In this document: piece by piece, positions 40,903 through 51,900 of the stretch
Numbering within the stretch: the stretch's first letter is position 1
How the letters are laid out: every line of letters begins with the position of its first letter
Source of the DNA: a virus
IMG/VR virus record: IMGVR_UViG_3300044712_000340
Span: 1 to 64,000 of that record
Direction: 5' to 3' (one strand)
DNA length: 64,000 bases
The notes under the pieces: generated by a model
Told to the model about the DNA's origin: nothing
What the model saw: the letters and a program-made list of their open reading frames with translations, nothing else
The model's database searches: none
Translations under genes and position numbers: made by a program

Positions 40903-41684
40903 CTTTAATAGATTTAGATACTTTAATTTATATTGTGGCTTATAATCAACACAAGAATGGTAATAGAGACAATTCTGCACTAGTAAAACTACATGTAAAG
41001 GAATTTATATCTACCATTCTTGTAAGGTGTAGAGCTAACTTAGTTTCTATGGTTTATCAAGACAAAGGACACAGTAACTTTAGAAAGTATTTTTATCCTG
41101 ATTATAAAGCTAATAGACCAGAAGCTCCTGAATTTATAGTATTATGGAAAGATACTATAATAGAGATTTTCTCAGAAATAGGGGCTGTAGGTGTCAAAGT
41201 AATAGAATCAGATGATGTATTAAATATAGGGTACAATAGATTTAAAAATGAATATGATTTAATAATAGTTTCAGGGGATAAAGATTTAAATCAAATACCA
41301 GGTGAACATTACAATCCTAGAGAAAACAAAAGTTATGTTGTTAGTAACAAGGAGGCATTGTATAATCTTAGTTTACAGTTACTTATGGGGGATTCTACAG
41401 ATAATGTGAAAGCTATCCCTAAAATGGGAACTAAAATATCCTCTAAACTTTTAAATGAAGTATTAGGAAATACTGATTTAACTTTTTCTTTTATAGGTAT
41501 TTGTTATGATCAGTATAGAAAAGCTTTTGGAGATATTTGGTATTCTGAGTATTTAAAAACTAAGTTTTTAGTGACAATGTTACCTGAAATAGATTATAAT
41601 TCTTATCCATTTAATCAAGAAGTATCTGAATTATTTAATATAATACCTTGTTCTAATTTAATAGTAACTAGTGTATTTATGTAA
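40881..41684 (+). CDS. 5'-3' exonuclease / RNase H (FEN-like)
   Basis: IDLD, YKANR, ESDD, SGDKDL.Q, GDSTDNV. Confidence 0.92.
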   Translation: MEEKQRLALIDLDTLIYIVAYNQHKNGNRDNSALVKLHVKEFISTILVRCRANLVSMVYQDKGHSNFRKYFYPDYKANRPEAPEFIVLWKDTIIEIFSEIGAVGVKVIESDDVLNIGYNRFKNEYDLIIVSGDKDLNQIPGEHYNPRENKSYVVSNKEALYNLSLQLLMGDSTDNVKAIPKMGTKISSKLLNEVLGNTDLTFSFIGICYDQYRKAFGDIWYSEYLKTKFLVTMLPEIDYNSYPFNQEVSELFNIIPCSNLIVTSVFM

Positions 41685-41687
41685 TTT

Positions 41688-42419
41688 ATGACGAGAAATG
41701 ATAAAATATTAAAAGTTTATGTGTTGCCTTTATATGGAATAGAAACTTCTGATAAAGATGTGGAAAAGATCTACCTTAATAAAGATGGAAGTTATCTATT
41801 CTTACAATTAAAAGAGTTAAGCCCTAAGTTAGAATCTAACCTACTCTATTCGGGAGTATTTGAATATTGTAATAAAGAATTTTATATGTTTAAAACTTCT
41901 ATAGCTTATGCCAAAGATATAATAAAGATAATTAAAGGAGAGTATAGTAAGTTAAGTAAAAATGCTAAAAATACTATAATTCAATTGAGTGGTTTACCTT
42001 ATATGAAGAAACAAGGTAAAGAAACAATAACTCACTCTTTTTTATTAGCTTTGTTAAAACACAAAAAGTATAAGAAAATACTAGAAGATAGACTAGGTGT
42101 AGAATTACAAGAAGAGAATGAACTTATGGATAAACTAACAAAAGAAACGTTTATTGATAATTTAATAACTTAAAATATGGGAAAATATAATATAAGAGAT
42201 GAAGTATACTTCATGGAATGTGATGTAGCTAGAAAAGGTAAGATAACTGGAATAATTACATACGAGGGGCATATTAAAACCATGAGTTTTGATGATAAAG
42301 TACCTGAAGGACAGATTGTAATTAATTATGTAATAGATTGTTATACTACAAGAAGAGAAGAAGCTTTGTATAATTCTGTTTTAGAGTTACAATCTAGTGT
42401 TTTTAAGAATTTAAAATAA
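41688..42419 (+). CDS. Two hypothetical proteins (41688-42173, 42177-42419)
   Basis: ORF track; terminator AGAAGTCC/GGACTTCT follows. Confidence 0.65.
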
Positions 42420-42457
42420 CATAGAAGTCCTGAAAAGGACTTCTTTAATGTAAATAT

Positions 42458-42961
42458 ATGAGTAATAGAAATAAACAAGTAGGCTCAAATTTAGAACGCA
42501 AGTTGTTCCAGCTTATTAATAGAAGAACAATAGCATCACAACAAGGGGTAGAATTAACAGAAAAGGAATTATCTAATAAAGATTTAGAGGCTATACCAGA
42601 AAGTAATTTTGTATTATTTCCTAAATTAGGGTCTACAAGAAAGTTGAGTAGAAGTATGGATGCTAAAAAGAAAGATATTACTCCTGAGAACATGGATAGA
42701 TTACATGACTTTCCTTATATATTACAAGCTAAAAGTTTAGCTGTAAGTGCTGCTCCTTATGCCAAATTATTAGCAGAAGTTAAAGAAAATAATAAATGGG
42801 GAATACCTGTAGTTATTCATGAGCAAACTAAAAAACAAGGAAGTAGATTTGTAAAGCAAGATGATTTTGCTATAATGTATCGTAAAGATTTTATTGATAT
42901 GATATTTAAAATAGCTGAGTTAGAATTTGAGTTAAAACAAAAAGAACATTTTGAAAAATGA
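42458..42961 (+). CDS. PD-(D/E)xK nuclease, Holliday junction resolvase-like
   Basis: NKQVGSNLER, DI, LQAK motifs. Confidence 0.6.
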   Translation: MSNRNKQVGSNLERKLFQLINRRTIASQQGVELTEKELSNKDLEAIPESNFVLFPKLGSTRKLSRSMDAKKKDITPENMDRLHDFPYILQAKSLAVSAAPYAKLLAEVKENNKWGIPVVIHEQTKKQGSRFVKQDDFAIMYRKDFIDMIFKIAELEFELKQKEHFEK

Positions 42962-43479
42962 GTAGTACAGGTAGAGGGGGAGTTAAATTAGACCAAGATA
43001 AATATTATACACCTATTTGGTGTGTAGAAAAACTTATATCTAAGATACATATTACTGAAATAAAATCTTTCTTAGAACCTTGTAAAGGAGATGGTAGAAT
43101 ACTTACTTATATACCCACAGATATTACTAGAGATTGGTGTGAATTAAGTGATGATAAAGACTATTTAACTTTTATTCCTTCAATGGAGTATGATTTGATT
43201 ATTACCAATCCTCCTTTTAGTTTATCCATAGAGTTTTTAACTAAATCTTTAAAGGAGGCTAAAACAGTTTGTTATTTACAAAGATTGAATTGGTTAGGTA
43301 GTAAAACTAGAAAAGATTTTTGGAATACTAATACTCCAGACAAGTTATTTATATTGTCACAAAGACCTCAGTTTATGAAAGAAATGGGATTAAAGTCTGG
43401 AAGTGATAGTACAGAATATGCTTGGTTTATATGGGATAAATTAGGAATTGTAAATGGTAAACATATAGAAATATTATAA
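42958..43479 (+). CDS. DNA amino-methyltransferase
   Basis: YYTP, LEPCKGDG, ITNPPF. Confidence 0.88.
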   Translation: MSSTGRGGVKLDQDKYYTPIWCVEKLISKIHITEIKSFLEPCKGDGRILTYIPTDITRDWCELSDDKDYLTFIPSMEYDLIITNPPFSLSIEFLTKSLKEAKTVCYLQRLNWLGSKTRKDFWNTNTPDKLFILSQRPQFMKEMGLKSGSDSTEYAWFIWDKLGIVNGKHIEIL

Positions 43480-43481
43480 CA

Positions 43482-44153
43482 ATGAATAAATTAAGAATAA
43501 CAACAGGTAATGGATGGTATAAAAAATCAATAGGGCAGGTATTTCCTGTTTTAGATTTTAACAGAACAGACGGTTATTTAGTAGATATTGATGGAGAAGA
43601 GGGTTTAATGTTTTATGTTAAACCTTCTGATTGTGAAGTAGTAGAAGAATCTAATTTACCTATAAGTGGTAAAAAAGTTAAATTTGATGATACACAAGAA
43701 CTTCTTATTAAGTTAATACCAAATAGTGAAGGTAAATGCGTGGATTTTCCTGTTAAACTAGAGCAAGGAGATTGGATTGATTTAAGGGCTTGCGTTAATG
43801 CTGAAAAGTATATAAAATATCAAACAAGTGTTCCGTTTACTGTGTCTCTAGGTATATCTTGTAAATTACCTGAAGGTTATGAGGCCATTATAGCACCTAG
43901 AAGCTCCCTATTTAAAAAACAAGGGTTAACTTTAGTTAATTCCATTGGAATAATTGATTCTAGTTACTGTGGAAATGATGATATATGGATGGCAGTATTT
44001 ATGCCACATAGAGATGGTTTATTATCTTTTAATGAAAGAATTTGCCAGTTTAGGATACAGAAGAATCAACCTACTTTAAAACTTACTCAAGTAGATAACT
44101 TAGAAGGAATTAATAGAGGAGGATTTGGTGAAGGAACTAAAAATGAGAAATGA
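43482..44153 (+). CDS. dut: Trimeric dUTPase with small extra N-terminal domain
   Basis: IDLRA, PRSS, GIIDSSYCG, RICQ, RGGFG. Confidence 0.9.
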   Translation: MNKLRITTGNGWYKKSIGQVFPVLDFNRTDGYLVDIDGEEGLMFYVKPSDCEVVEESNLPISGKKVKFDDTQELLIKLIPNSEGKCVDFPVKLEQGDWIDLRACVNAEKYIKYQTSVPFTVSLGISCKLPEGYEAIIAPRSSLFKKQGLTLVNSIGIIDSSYCGNDDIWMAVFMPHRDGLLSFNERICQFRIQKNQPTLKLTQVDNLEGINRGGFGEGTKNEK

Positions 44154-46051
44154 TGGAAAAATTTAAAGTAGGAGATTGGGTTATAGATGATAGCGCAAAC
44201 AAACCAGAAGCTAGAAAAATAATACAAATAGAAGGAAAAGCTTTATTTATAACTAGTGCTAGCTGTTTTTATTCTTCTAATGATTTTTTGAGATTAGCAA
44301 CACCAGAAGAAATAGCTAAAGTTGCTGAAGAATTTGTTTTGCCTGCGAAATGGTGTATTAAAGTAACGGAAGAGAATAAAAATATTATTTGGAAATGGGC
44401 AGAATTTACTTTCTCTTGTAATACAGCGAGTCATAGATATGTTTCCAGTGATAAAACACATTTTGGTGGACAATACGGTACTTACGATTATACAGAAATC
44501 ACATTTGACCAATTTAAGAAGTATGTTTTAAAAGAAAAAGTAATTGATAAAGAAGAGTTATTAAGAGAAGCACGTAAAAGATACCCAGTTGGAACTAAAT
44601 TTGATAATCATAACTTAGGGTACACTTGTACACAAACAATAATTAAACAAGATTTTTATGTGTTAGATGATTTATCTGAAGTATCAGCTAACAAAGACTC
44701 AACAGATGGTACAGGATCTTATACTATTTATAAAAATGATAAATGGGCTAAAATAGTACAAGATACTTTAGGAGTAGAAGATTTGGTTGAAAATGAGATT
44801 TATGTAACTTCTTATCCAAATCAAGGTAATTATATATTTAAGTATCAATCTAGGGGTTATGAACCCTGGATTAATGATAAATCAAAATTGTATCATTTAA
44901 ATTATTCTAATATAAGACCTATAAATGGTTTTACTGAATTTAAAGTAGCTCAATTCTCTGACAGACAGTGGCTTGAAAAATGTATTGAAGCAGATAAATT
45001 TATACCTAAAGAAGAAGCATTAAAAAGTAAAGAAATGAAATTTGAAGTTGGAAAGTGGTATAAATGCTCTTGCAATAACAATTTTTATAGATATAAGTCT
45101 CATACAAAAGATAAATTCATTAACGATGCTGTAATAAATTTTTATGACTCTCAAGAAAATGGTGTAGGGTATATTGAAAGATTAAAAACAGATACCTGTT
45201 TAGAGTATTTTAATCCTGATGCAATATGTTCTGATTCTGAAATAAAGTCATATTTACCTACAAATTATAACAATACTGTATCTAACGAATGGTGGAAAAC
45301 ACTTAAAAAAGGAGATGTTGTTAGATGTATTGCTAATCCTGGTAAAGTAGTATCAAGAAAGGTAGGTCAAGAGTATATAGTACAAGAAGATTTCAAGGGT
45401 TCTATAGAGTACACTTATTATCATGCTAGTACTGATTTTGAAGATTGGAAACTTGTAAAAAGAGCTAATGAAGTAGAAAAATGGAGTGTTGGGACTTACG
45501 TTGTATTTAAAATTAAAAAACTAAATCATAGTAAAGGTGAAATTGGTAGAATAGTAAGTAAAGATACAACTACATTTGATTTAGAGGATGAAAAAAGAAT
45601 AGGTTATACTAGTGCTTATGCAGAAGATTTAGAATGGTTTCCAAATCTACAAGAAGCACAAGCATTTGCAAAGTCCTTAGTTAAAGAAGAAAAGTATAAA
45701 ATAGATGATGCTACTTGCCATGAATGCAATGGAGAAGGTAAAGTAATGGTTGCCAAATTGTATCCTTCAGGACATACAGAAGTATGGGAAACTTGTGAAA
45801 CTTGCAGTGGAGAAGGTTATATAGAAGAAGAGAAAGAACATGAAAAGCACGATTTTAAACAAGCTAGTGATGTAAGTGCCTGGTTACATGGAGAAGAGTA
45901 TGTAAAGAAATTTAATTGGAACGGATTAACAATTAAGAGTCATTTATCTTCTATATTTACTAAAGAAATTGATGATGATAAAGTACAATTACCTAAATTT
46001 GTACTTAATAAAGATTACACAAATTATTTTGAAAAAGAATTAGAAAATTAA
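44150..46051 (+). CDS. Mosaic multi-domain protein with DnaJ-type zinc finger
   Basis: Repeated KF.VG.W-type starts; CHECNGEG and CETCSGEG. Confidence 0.7.
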   Translation: MMEKFKVGDWVIDDSANKPEARKIIQIEGKALFITSASCFYSSNDFLRLATPEEIAKVAEEFVLPAKWCIKVTEENKNIIWKWAEFTFSCNTASHRYVSSDKTHFGGQYGTYDYTEITFDQFKKYVLKEKVIDKEELLREARKRYPVGTKFDNHNLGYTCTQTIIKQDFYVLDDLSEVSANKDSTDGTGSYTIYKNDKWAKIVQDTLGVEDLVENEIYVTSYPNQGNYIFKYQSRGYEPWINDKSKLYHLNYSNIRPINGFTEFKVAQFSDRQWLEKCIEADKFIPKEEALKSKEMKFEVGKWYKCSCNNNFYRYKSHTKDKFINDAVINFYDSQENGVGYIERLKTDTCLEYFNPDAICSDSEIKSYLPTNYNNTVSNEWWKTLKKGDVVRCIANPGKVVSRKVGQEYIVQEDFKGSIEYTYYHASTDFEDWKLVKRANEVEKWSVGTYVVFKIKKLNHSKGEIGRIVSKDTTTFDLEDEKRIGYTSAYAEDLEWFPNLQEAQAFAKSLVKEEKYKIDDATCHECNGEGKVMVAKLYPSGHTEVWETCETCSGEGYIEEEKEHEKHDFKQASDVSAWLHGEEYVKKFNWNGLTIKSHLSSIFTKEIDDDKVQLPKFVLNKDYTNYFEKELEN

Positions 46052-46076
46052 TTATTAACTATTTAAATTTAAAAGT

Positions 46077-46541
46077 ATGGCAAGATATGCTAAAGTAACA
46101 AAGAACAATGTAAGTGATGTTAAATTAACATTTGGTAAAAGAGTAGCAGAGTTTAAAAATGTAACTACAGAAGAAAATGTAGATATGTTTGGAGCAAAAG
46201 TAATAGCAGAATGGAGTAAACAAATCAGAATTAGAGAGACTAAACTTAATTCTATGGAAGAGGATTACAACAATGCTATGATTGATCATAATCAAAAACT
46301 TGATGAGTATAAACAAGCTTATGAAAATTCATTCTTGGATATTGATGAAAAAAGGGTTGATTCTGTTGATAAAAGAAGTTCTTATCTATCCACTTATGAA
46401 GCTCAAATCAACCAAGCTTTACAGAATTATGAAACTTACAAGAAAGCTGTTAGTAATTTTGGTTTGGATTATGTTGCTGAAGTAGCTAAAATAGGAGCTA
46501 AAATCAATTTTTATAAAGATTGTTTAGCTAAAATTAAATAG
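46077..46541 (+). CDS. Coiled-coil hypothetical protein
   Basis: ORF followed by terminator AAGGAGTA/TACTCCTT-TT. Confidence 0.7.
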   Translation: MARYAKVTKNNVSDVKLTFGKRVAEFKNVTTEENVDMFGAKVIAEWSKQIRIRETKLNSMEEDYNNAMIDHNQKLDEYKQAYENSFLDIDEKRVDSVDKRSSYLSTYEAQINQALQNYETYKKAVSNFGLDYVAEVAKIGAKINFYKDCLAKIK

Positions 46542-46739
46542 TAATAAGGAGTAGCAATACTCCTTTTAAATTTTACTTATGAAAAAAGATTCAATATATT
46601 TTGTTATTACTTATATTCTCTTGTATTTTTCTACCTTTTATATTTATAGGAACTATCCTAATTCTTATTCAAATGTGGGGACAATGGGTTTATAAGGAGC
46701 TAAATGAAAGGATAGAATATTTTATAGATTCAGTAACAA

Positions 46740-47233
46740 ATGATAGAAATTAAACTAGTAGCACCTATAACAGAGGAAATTCCTTATATAACTGTGCCTA
46801 ATCAAGAGCTTATTAAAGGTATACTAGCTATGCCTGAGAACGAATATAGAGAAGTAATTACAGGTGTATTATCTGTGGATAAATTAAATGTAAAAAGATT
46901 TATGATATTGTTTGCTTATGCTGGAAATTGTATCAGAACTATGGAATTAGATCCAGCACAGAAGTCTGTAGTAGAAGAGTATATAAAGAATTTTAAGTTA
47001 TGAGAATACCAGAATATAAAGTAAATAAAATACTTAAATTATATGAAGAAGGATTTAAAACTTGTACTAAGTGCAAAAGAGTTAAACCAATAGATGAATT
47101 TTATACTATTACAAAAGGAACGAGATTATTACCTTTATCACCTAATTGTAAGCATTGTGCTAAAGTGGTTTCAAGAAAAAGGTATAAGGCATTAAAATGG
47201 ATTAGAGATGTAAAGAAAAGTAAAAAGGAGTAG
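46740..47233 (+). CDS. Two small ORFs, second with CxxC zinc finger
   Basis: KTCTKCKRVKPIDEFY..NCKHC. Confidence 0.6.
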
Positions 47234-47280
47234 GTTTTGCCCTATTCCCTTTTTTATTTAAGGCATAAGTTGTATATTTG
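47228..47280 (+). promoter_or_regulatory. Terminator followed by TATATTTG promoter at the start of the tail module
   Basis: GGAGTAGG/CCTATTCC hairpin with T-run; TATATTTG at 47273-47280. Confidence 0.7.
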
Positions 47281-47301
47281 TACAGACTAGTATATTGTGT
47301 T

Positions 47302-48239
47302 ATGGGAAGTTATGTTCAACAACTTAAAATACTTAGAGATAAAGATAGAAACTCACTTACAAAACAAGTAGAGGAGTTTATTATTAACAGGTGTGTTAAG
47401 AAAGTTGACTTTTATCAAAATACCTCCCAATTAGATTATGTACCTAGACATGAAGCTTATATATATTATACAGAACCTAATCCACCCACAGCTACTTTAG
47501 ATTTAATTTTAGGTTTAAATTTAATATTTAATATAAACGTAGAATCTAATATAGTTGTACCTTTAAAAGAAGTAGGTATATGTTATAATACTACAGGACA
47601 TCCTACTACAAGAAATACCAGAATAAAACTACAACCTAAGTATGGTACGCAAATATTAACTTTGGATAGTTCTTATTTTGATCTATTTCATAATTGGTAT
47701 TTTAGGGTGTATGTTAAATCTTGTGTAGGTATTATATATAGTAATCAAGAACTTATAAATAATGAAGTAGAATATATATTGGATTCTTTTGAGAATCCTA
47801 TACTAGATTCATATGAAGACGCTTTAATTGAATAATTATAAAAATATATACAATGAAAAATATTGATAAAAATAATAAAGGTACAAGAGGAGGATTTAGT
47901 TTTCCTATATCTGATGAAGCTACTCCTGTAACTACAGGTATAAAATATACAGATACTTTAATATATGGATTAGAATTAGAAGAAGTTTATGCTGTATGCA
48001 ATGTAGCTCCTACAACTACAGATATAATTATAGATATGTTAAAGAATGGTATATCTATGTTAACAAATAAAATCATTATCCCTATAGGAACAACTACAAG
48101 TAGAAATACTACTACTCCTGCTGCTATAAATGATAGTACTATACTAGATACAGATATAATAGCTTTTGAGATAATTCAAGGAGATGTAGCTGGTGCAGGT
48201 GTAAAAGTTCACGGTAAAGGATGGGAATTAAATAACTAA
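47302..48239 (+). CDS. Two tail-module proteins (47302-47835, 47853-48239)
   Basis: Downstream of promoter; second is Thr-rich beta protein. Confidence 0.55.
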
Positions 48240-48241
48240 TT

Positions 48242-48973
48242 ATGATACAAATAGGAAATTCATATAATTTTGTAGTACCTGAACCAGTTATAACTTCAAA
48301 TATAAAGTACGGAAGGTTGTATAATTGGTACGCAGTGAGTAATGCATTATTTGCTCCTGAAGGATGGCATGTTCCCACAGATGCAGAATACACTACATTA
48401 GGAAATTACCTTATTTCAAATGAATATAACTACGATGGAACAACATCAGGGAATAAAATTGCCAAATCTATGTGTGATACTAAATATTGGTACACTACTA
48501 CAAATGTAGGAACCCCAGGGAATACGGATTTTCCTTTGTTTAGAAATAAAAGTGGTCTAAATTACGTACCATCAGGGCAAAGAACTTCTTCCTTTAGTAT
48601 GATTGAATGGTTTACATTTTTATGGAGCAGTAGTTCCATGAATGCAGATTTTTCTTACAGTAGAGATATAAGAACTGATACTGTTAATTTTCATTCTGGC
48701 TCTAATTATAAATATTATGGGTTTGCAGTAAGACTAATCAAAGATGATTCCACATTAATTGATAATCTAACAGATTTAGAAGGTAATATTTATAGAACAG
48801 TAAAAATTGGAAACCAAGTATGGTTAGCAGATAATTGGGCTTGTACTAAATTAAATGATGGTACACCGATTCCAAATGTAACAGATAACACAGAATGGGC
48901 GGGATTAGTAACTGGAGCTTATTGTAATTATGATAATGATATAACTAATGTATTTATAGAAGTCCCTAACTAA
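48242..48973 (+). CDS. Fib_succ_major (FISUMP)-domain protein, circularly permuted
   Basis: YGRLYNW, PEGWHVP, GFAVRLIKD precede DLEGNIYRTVKIGNQVW. Confidence 0.8.
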   Translation: MIQIGNSYNFVVPEPVITSNIKYGRLYNWYAVSNALFAPEGWHVPTDAEYTTLGNYLISNEYNYDGTTSGNKIAKSMCDTKYWYTTTNVGTPGNTDFPLFRNKSGLNYVPSGQRTSSFSMIEWFTFLWSSSSMNADFSYSRDIRTDTVNFHSGSNYKYYGFAVRLIKDDSTLIDNLTDLEGNIYRTVKIGNQVWLADNWACTKLNDGTPIPNVTDNTEWAGLVTGAYCNYDNDITNVFIEVPN

Positions 48974-51900
48974 TGAGAATAGATAAATATCCTAAAAGAC
49001 CTGGAGGAGTTCAGGGAGATGAAGAAATAGTAATAGTATGGGGTAGTGTAGGAGATCCAGGAGACCCTGACTATGTTCAAGGATTTACTTGGAAAGCTAC
49101 TTTAGATGAAGTTCTTGCTTTATTTCAAGAAACAGACCCTGTATTTAGTTCTAGTGCTTCTTTTGGAATAGATTCAACAGATATAAATAATTGGAATAAT
49201 GCTTATGGATGGGGTAATCATGCAGATGCAGGTTATTTAACTTCAGAAAGTGATCCAGTATTTACTACTTGGATAAGTACAACACCCCCTGCCTACCCTG
49301 GCGATATTCCAACTAATACAAGTGATTTAGATAATGATTCAGGATTTATTACTATCAATGATATACCTAGTGAAACAGATCCAGACTTTAATGCTTGGTT
49401 ATCTGCTACGCCTCCTGCATATCCAGGAGATATACCTACAGCTTTATCAGACCTAAGTGAAGACACTACTCATAGAACTGTAACAGATACTGAAAAATTT
49501 ACTTGGAATGCTAAATTAAGTAGTGAAACAGACCCACTGAGTTTACACTTAGATCAAACTGTACCTCAAACACTAATAAATGGTTCTCCTACAGTACAAG
49601 GGATTATATTTAATCAAACTACTGCTGAAACTAATGCACCAGGTAAATTATGGTGGAATGCAGCAGCTAAAACATTATCAATAGGATTAATTGATGGAGG
49701 GTCTTTTGAATTAGGACAAGAATTAGCAGATAATTATACATTTTCTACAGGTACTCCTCATGAAGGAGACATAGTATCTATAGTTACTGGCGCAGGGAAT
49801 CAAGATTATGTTGCTTTAACAGATGCTACAAATAAAATATCTGCTTATACCTGTATAGGTATGATAACATCTGTATTTAATACAAATAAAGTAAGGGTAA
49901 CTAAGATAGGTAAAATACATGATGTAAATACTAATTCATTTACTGAAGGTGATATATTATATGTAGACCCTGCAAATCCTGGAAAAATTATAAATACAAT
50001 ACCTACTTCACCTAATTATAGTATATCAGTAGGTGTAGTATCAGTTAAATCATCGACAGTAGGTGTTGTAGACTGTCACATATCTATAATACCAAGATTA
50101 CAAGATTTATCTGATATAAATGGAACAGCATTAACTCAAGATGGTCAATTTGCTGTATGGAATAATACAACTAAATTATTTGACTTTACTTCTAAAGTAT
50201 CTGACTTTGCTACATCATCTCACAATCACATACACAACAACTTAGATAGTATAGAAGGTGGAGACACCTCTCATAGATATCATTCAGACCAACAAATAAA
50301 CAAAACAAATGATGTAGAATTTAATACAATTAAATCTACAGTTCTTGCTACTACAGAAGTAGATAGAGGTACAGACTCTAAAATGGGTACTGGTATACCT
50401 GATATAGAAAAAAAGAAATTTAAGATAATAACTTCATATAATTCAGGCACTAATCAAATAACAGTTAGTGTTGCTTTTGTAGGAGCTTATACTTCCTTTA
50501 CTTATTACATTAATAATAAAAGATTTACTGTAACAGCATCTAATATAGCTGCATATACTCAAACTGCTACAGCAGCAGAAAGAGGTTGGTTCTTTTATAT
50601 TAATCAAAACACCGCAAGTGCTGACACACCTGTAATGGTACTAACACAAACACCTTGGGGGATATCTGATCCAGATGTTTTACTATGGAGTCAATCATGG
50701 GACGACACTAACAAAGAATTTCTATGGATAGGCCATGAAAAACATACATATGGTAGAGATATATTCAATCATGCAAGAAACCACGCTCAAGGAGCAGTAT
50801 ATCATTCAGGATTTTTATTTAGTCAGTATAACGGATTAACTAACTTCTCTGGTAATACAGATGATAACTTTGGTAGAGCTTTTACACAAATTGCTGGTGG
50901 TTACTTCTTTGATGAAGATTTAAAGAATGGTATTGCACATTCAGATACAGCTATTAGTGCTTCATTAGCTAATCCAGAAACAGATTGGGATAAGTTTGTA
51001 TATCAATTTTTGGGATTTAATGCTTTAGCAACTACAGGAACAACAACTACATCTATTGTATTTGGTTCTTCCCATACCTTAGTTACTGGGCAAGCTGTAA
51101 CTGTAATGGCTGGTAATACTACAACAATTAGGGGTACAACCACTATAACTACAGGTGGTACAGGAACTACATTTGCAGTAACTTCTGTAACAGGACTTGT
51201 TTCAGGTGATATGATTGTATTAGGTGGTAGAATACCAATATATTATATATCAGCAGTATCAGGTTCAAGCTACACATGGAGAAAATTATCTGCTACTTCA
51301 TTCTTAGGTGTTACTACATCAGCAGCAACATGGACTAGAAGCACAACTACTGCAACAATTACTGCTACCAATCATGGTATGCAAACTGGGGATAAAATAT
51401 CAGTTACAATATCTTCTGATGTTACTTCTATACCACTTAAAGATTATGTAATTACAAGAACTGGTGTAAGTACTTTTACTATAACATGCTTAAATGCTGG
51501 TGGTGCAAGTGGTAGTATGACGTATTATAATGCTTATAATCCAACCACAATAGCTTCTGGTGTTGCTCAATATAATAATGCAGTAGCAGGATTATTTACA
51601 ACCTGCAATGGTAATAGATATTATCCAATGTATATTGCAGCAACAAATTTTATTAATGAGCCAATTATTGCAATACTTGGTCAAGGACAAAGCACTAACG
51701 CTACATTAGCTACAGCTTTAACAGAAGCCCCATTTCAATTTACTAATTTAGTAGGTTTAAGTGGATTAGGAATACAAGAAATTGTCCCTATTTATAGACT
51801 TGTATTTCATTACAATACAACAGGCAGTTTTTCTAATACAAAGATAAAAGTAGTTAGTGTAACTTGGTTAGATATTAGAGTAGCAACAGTATCAGGAACA

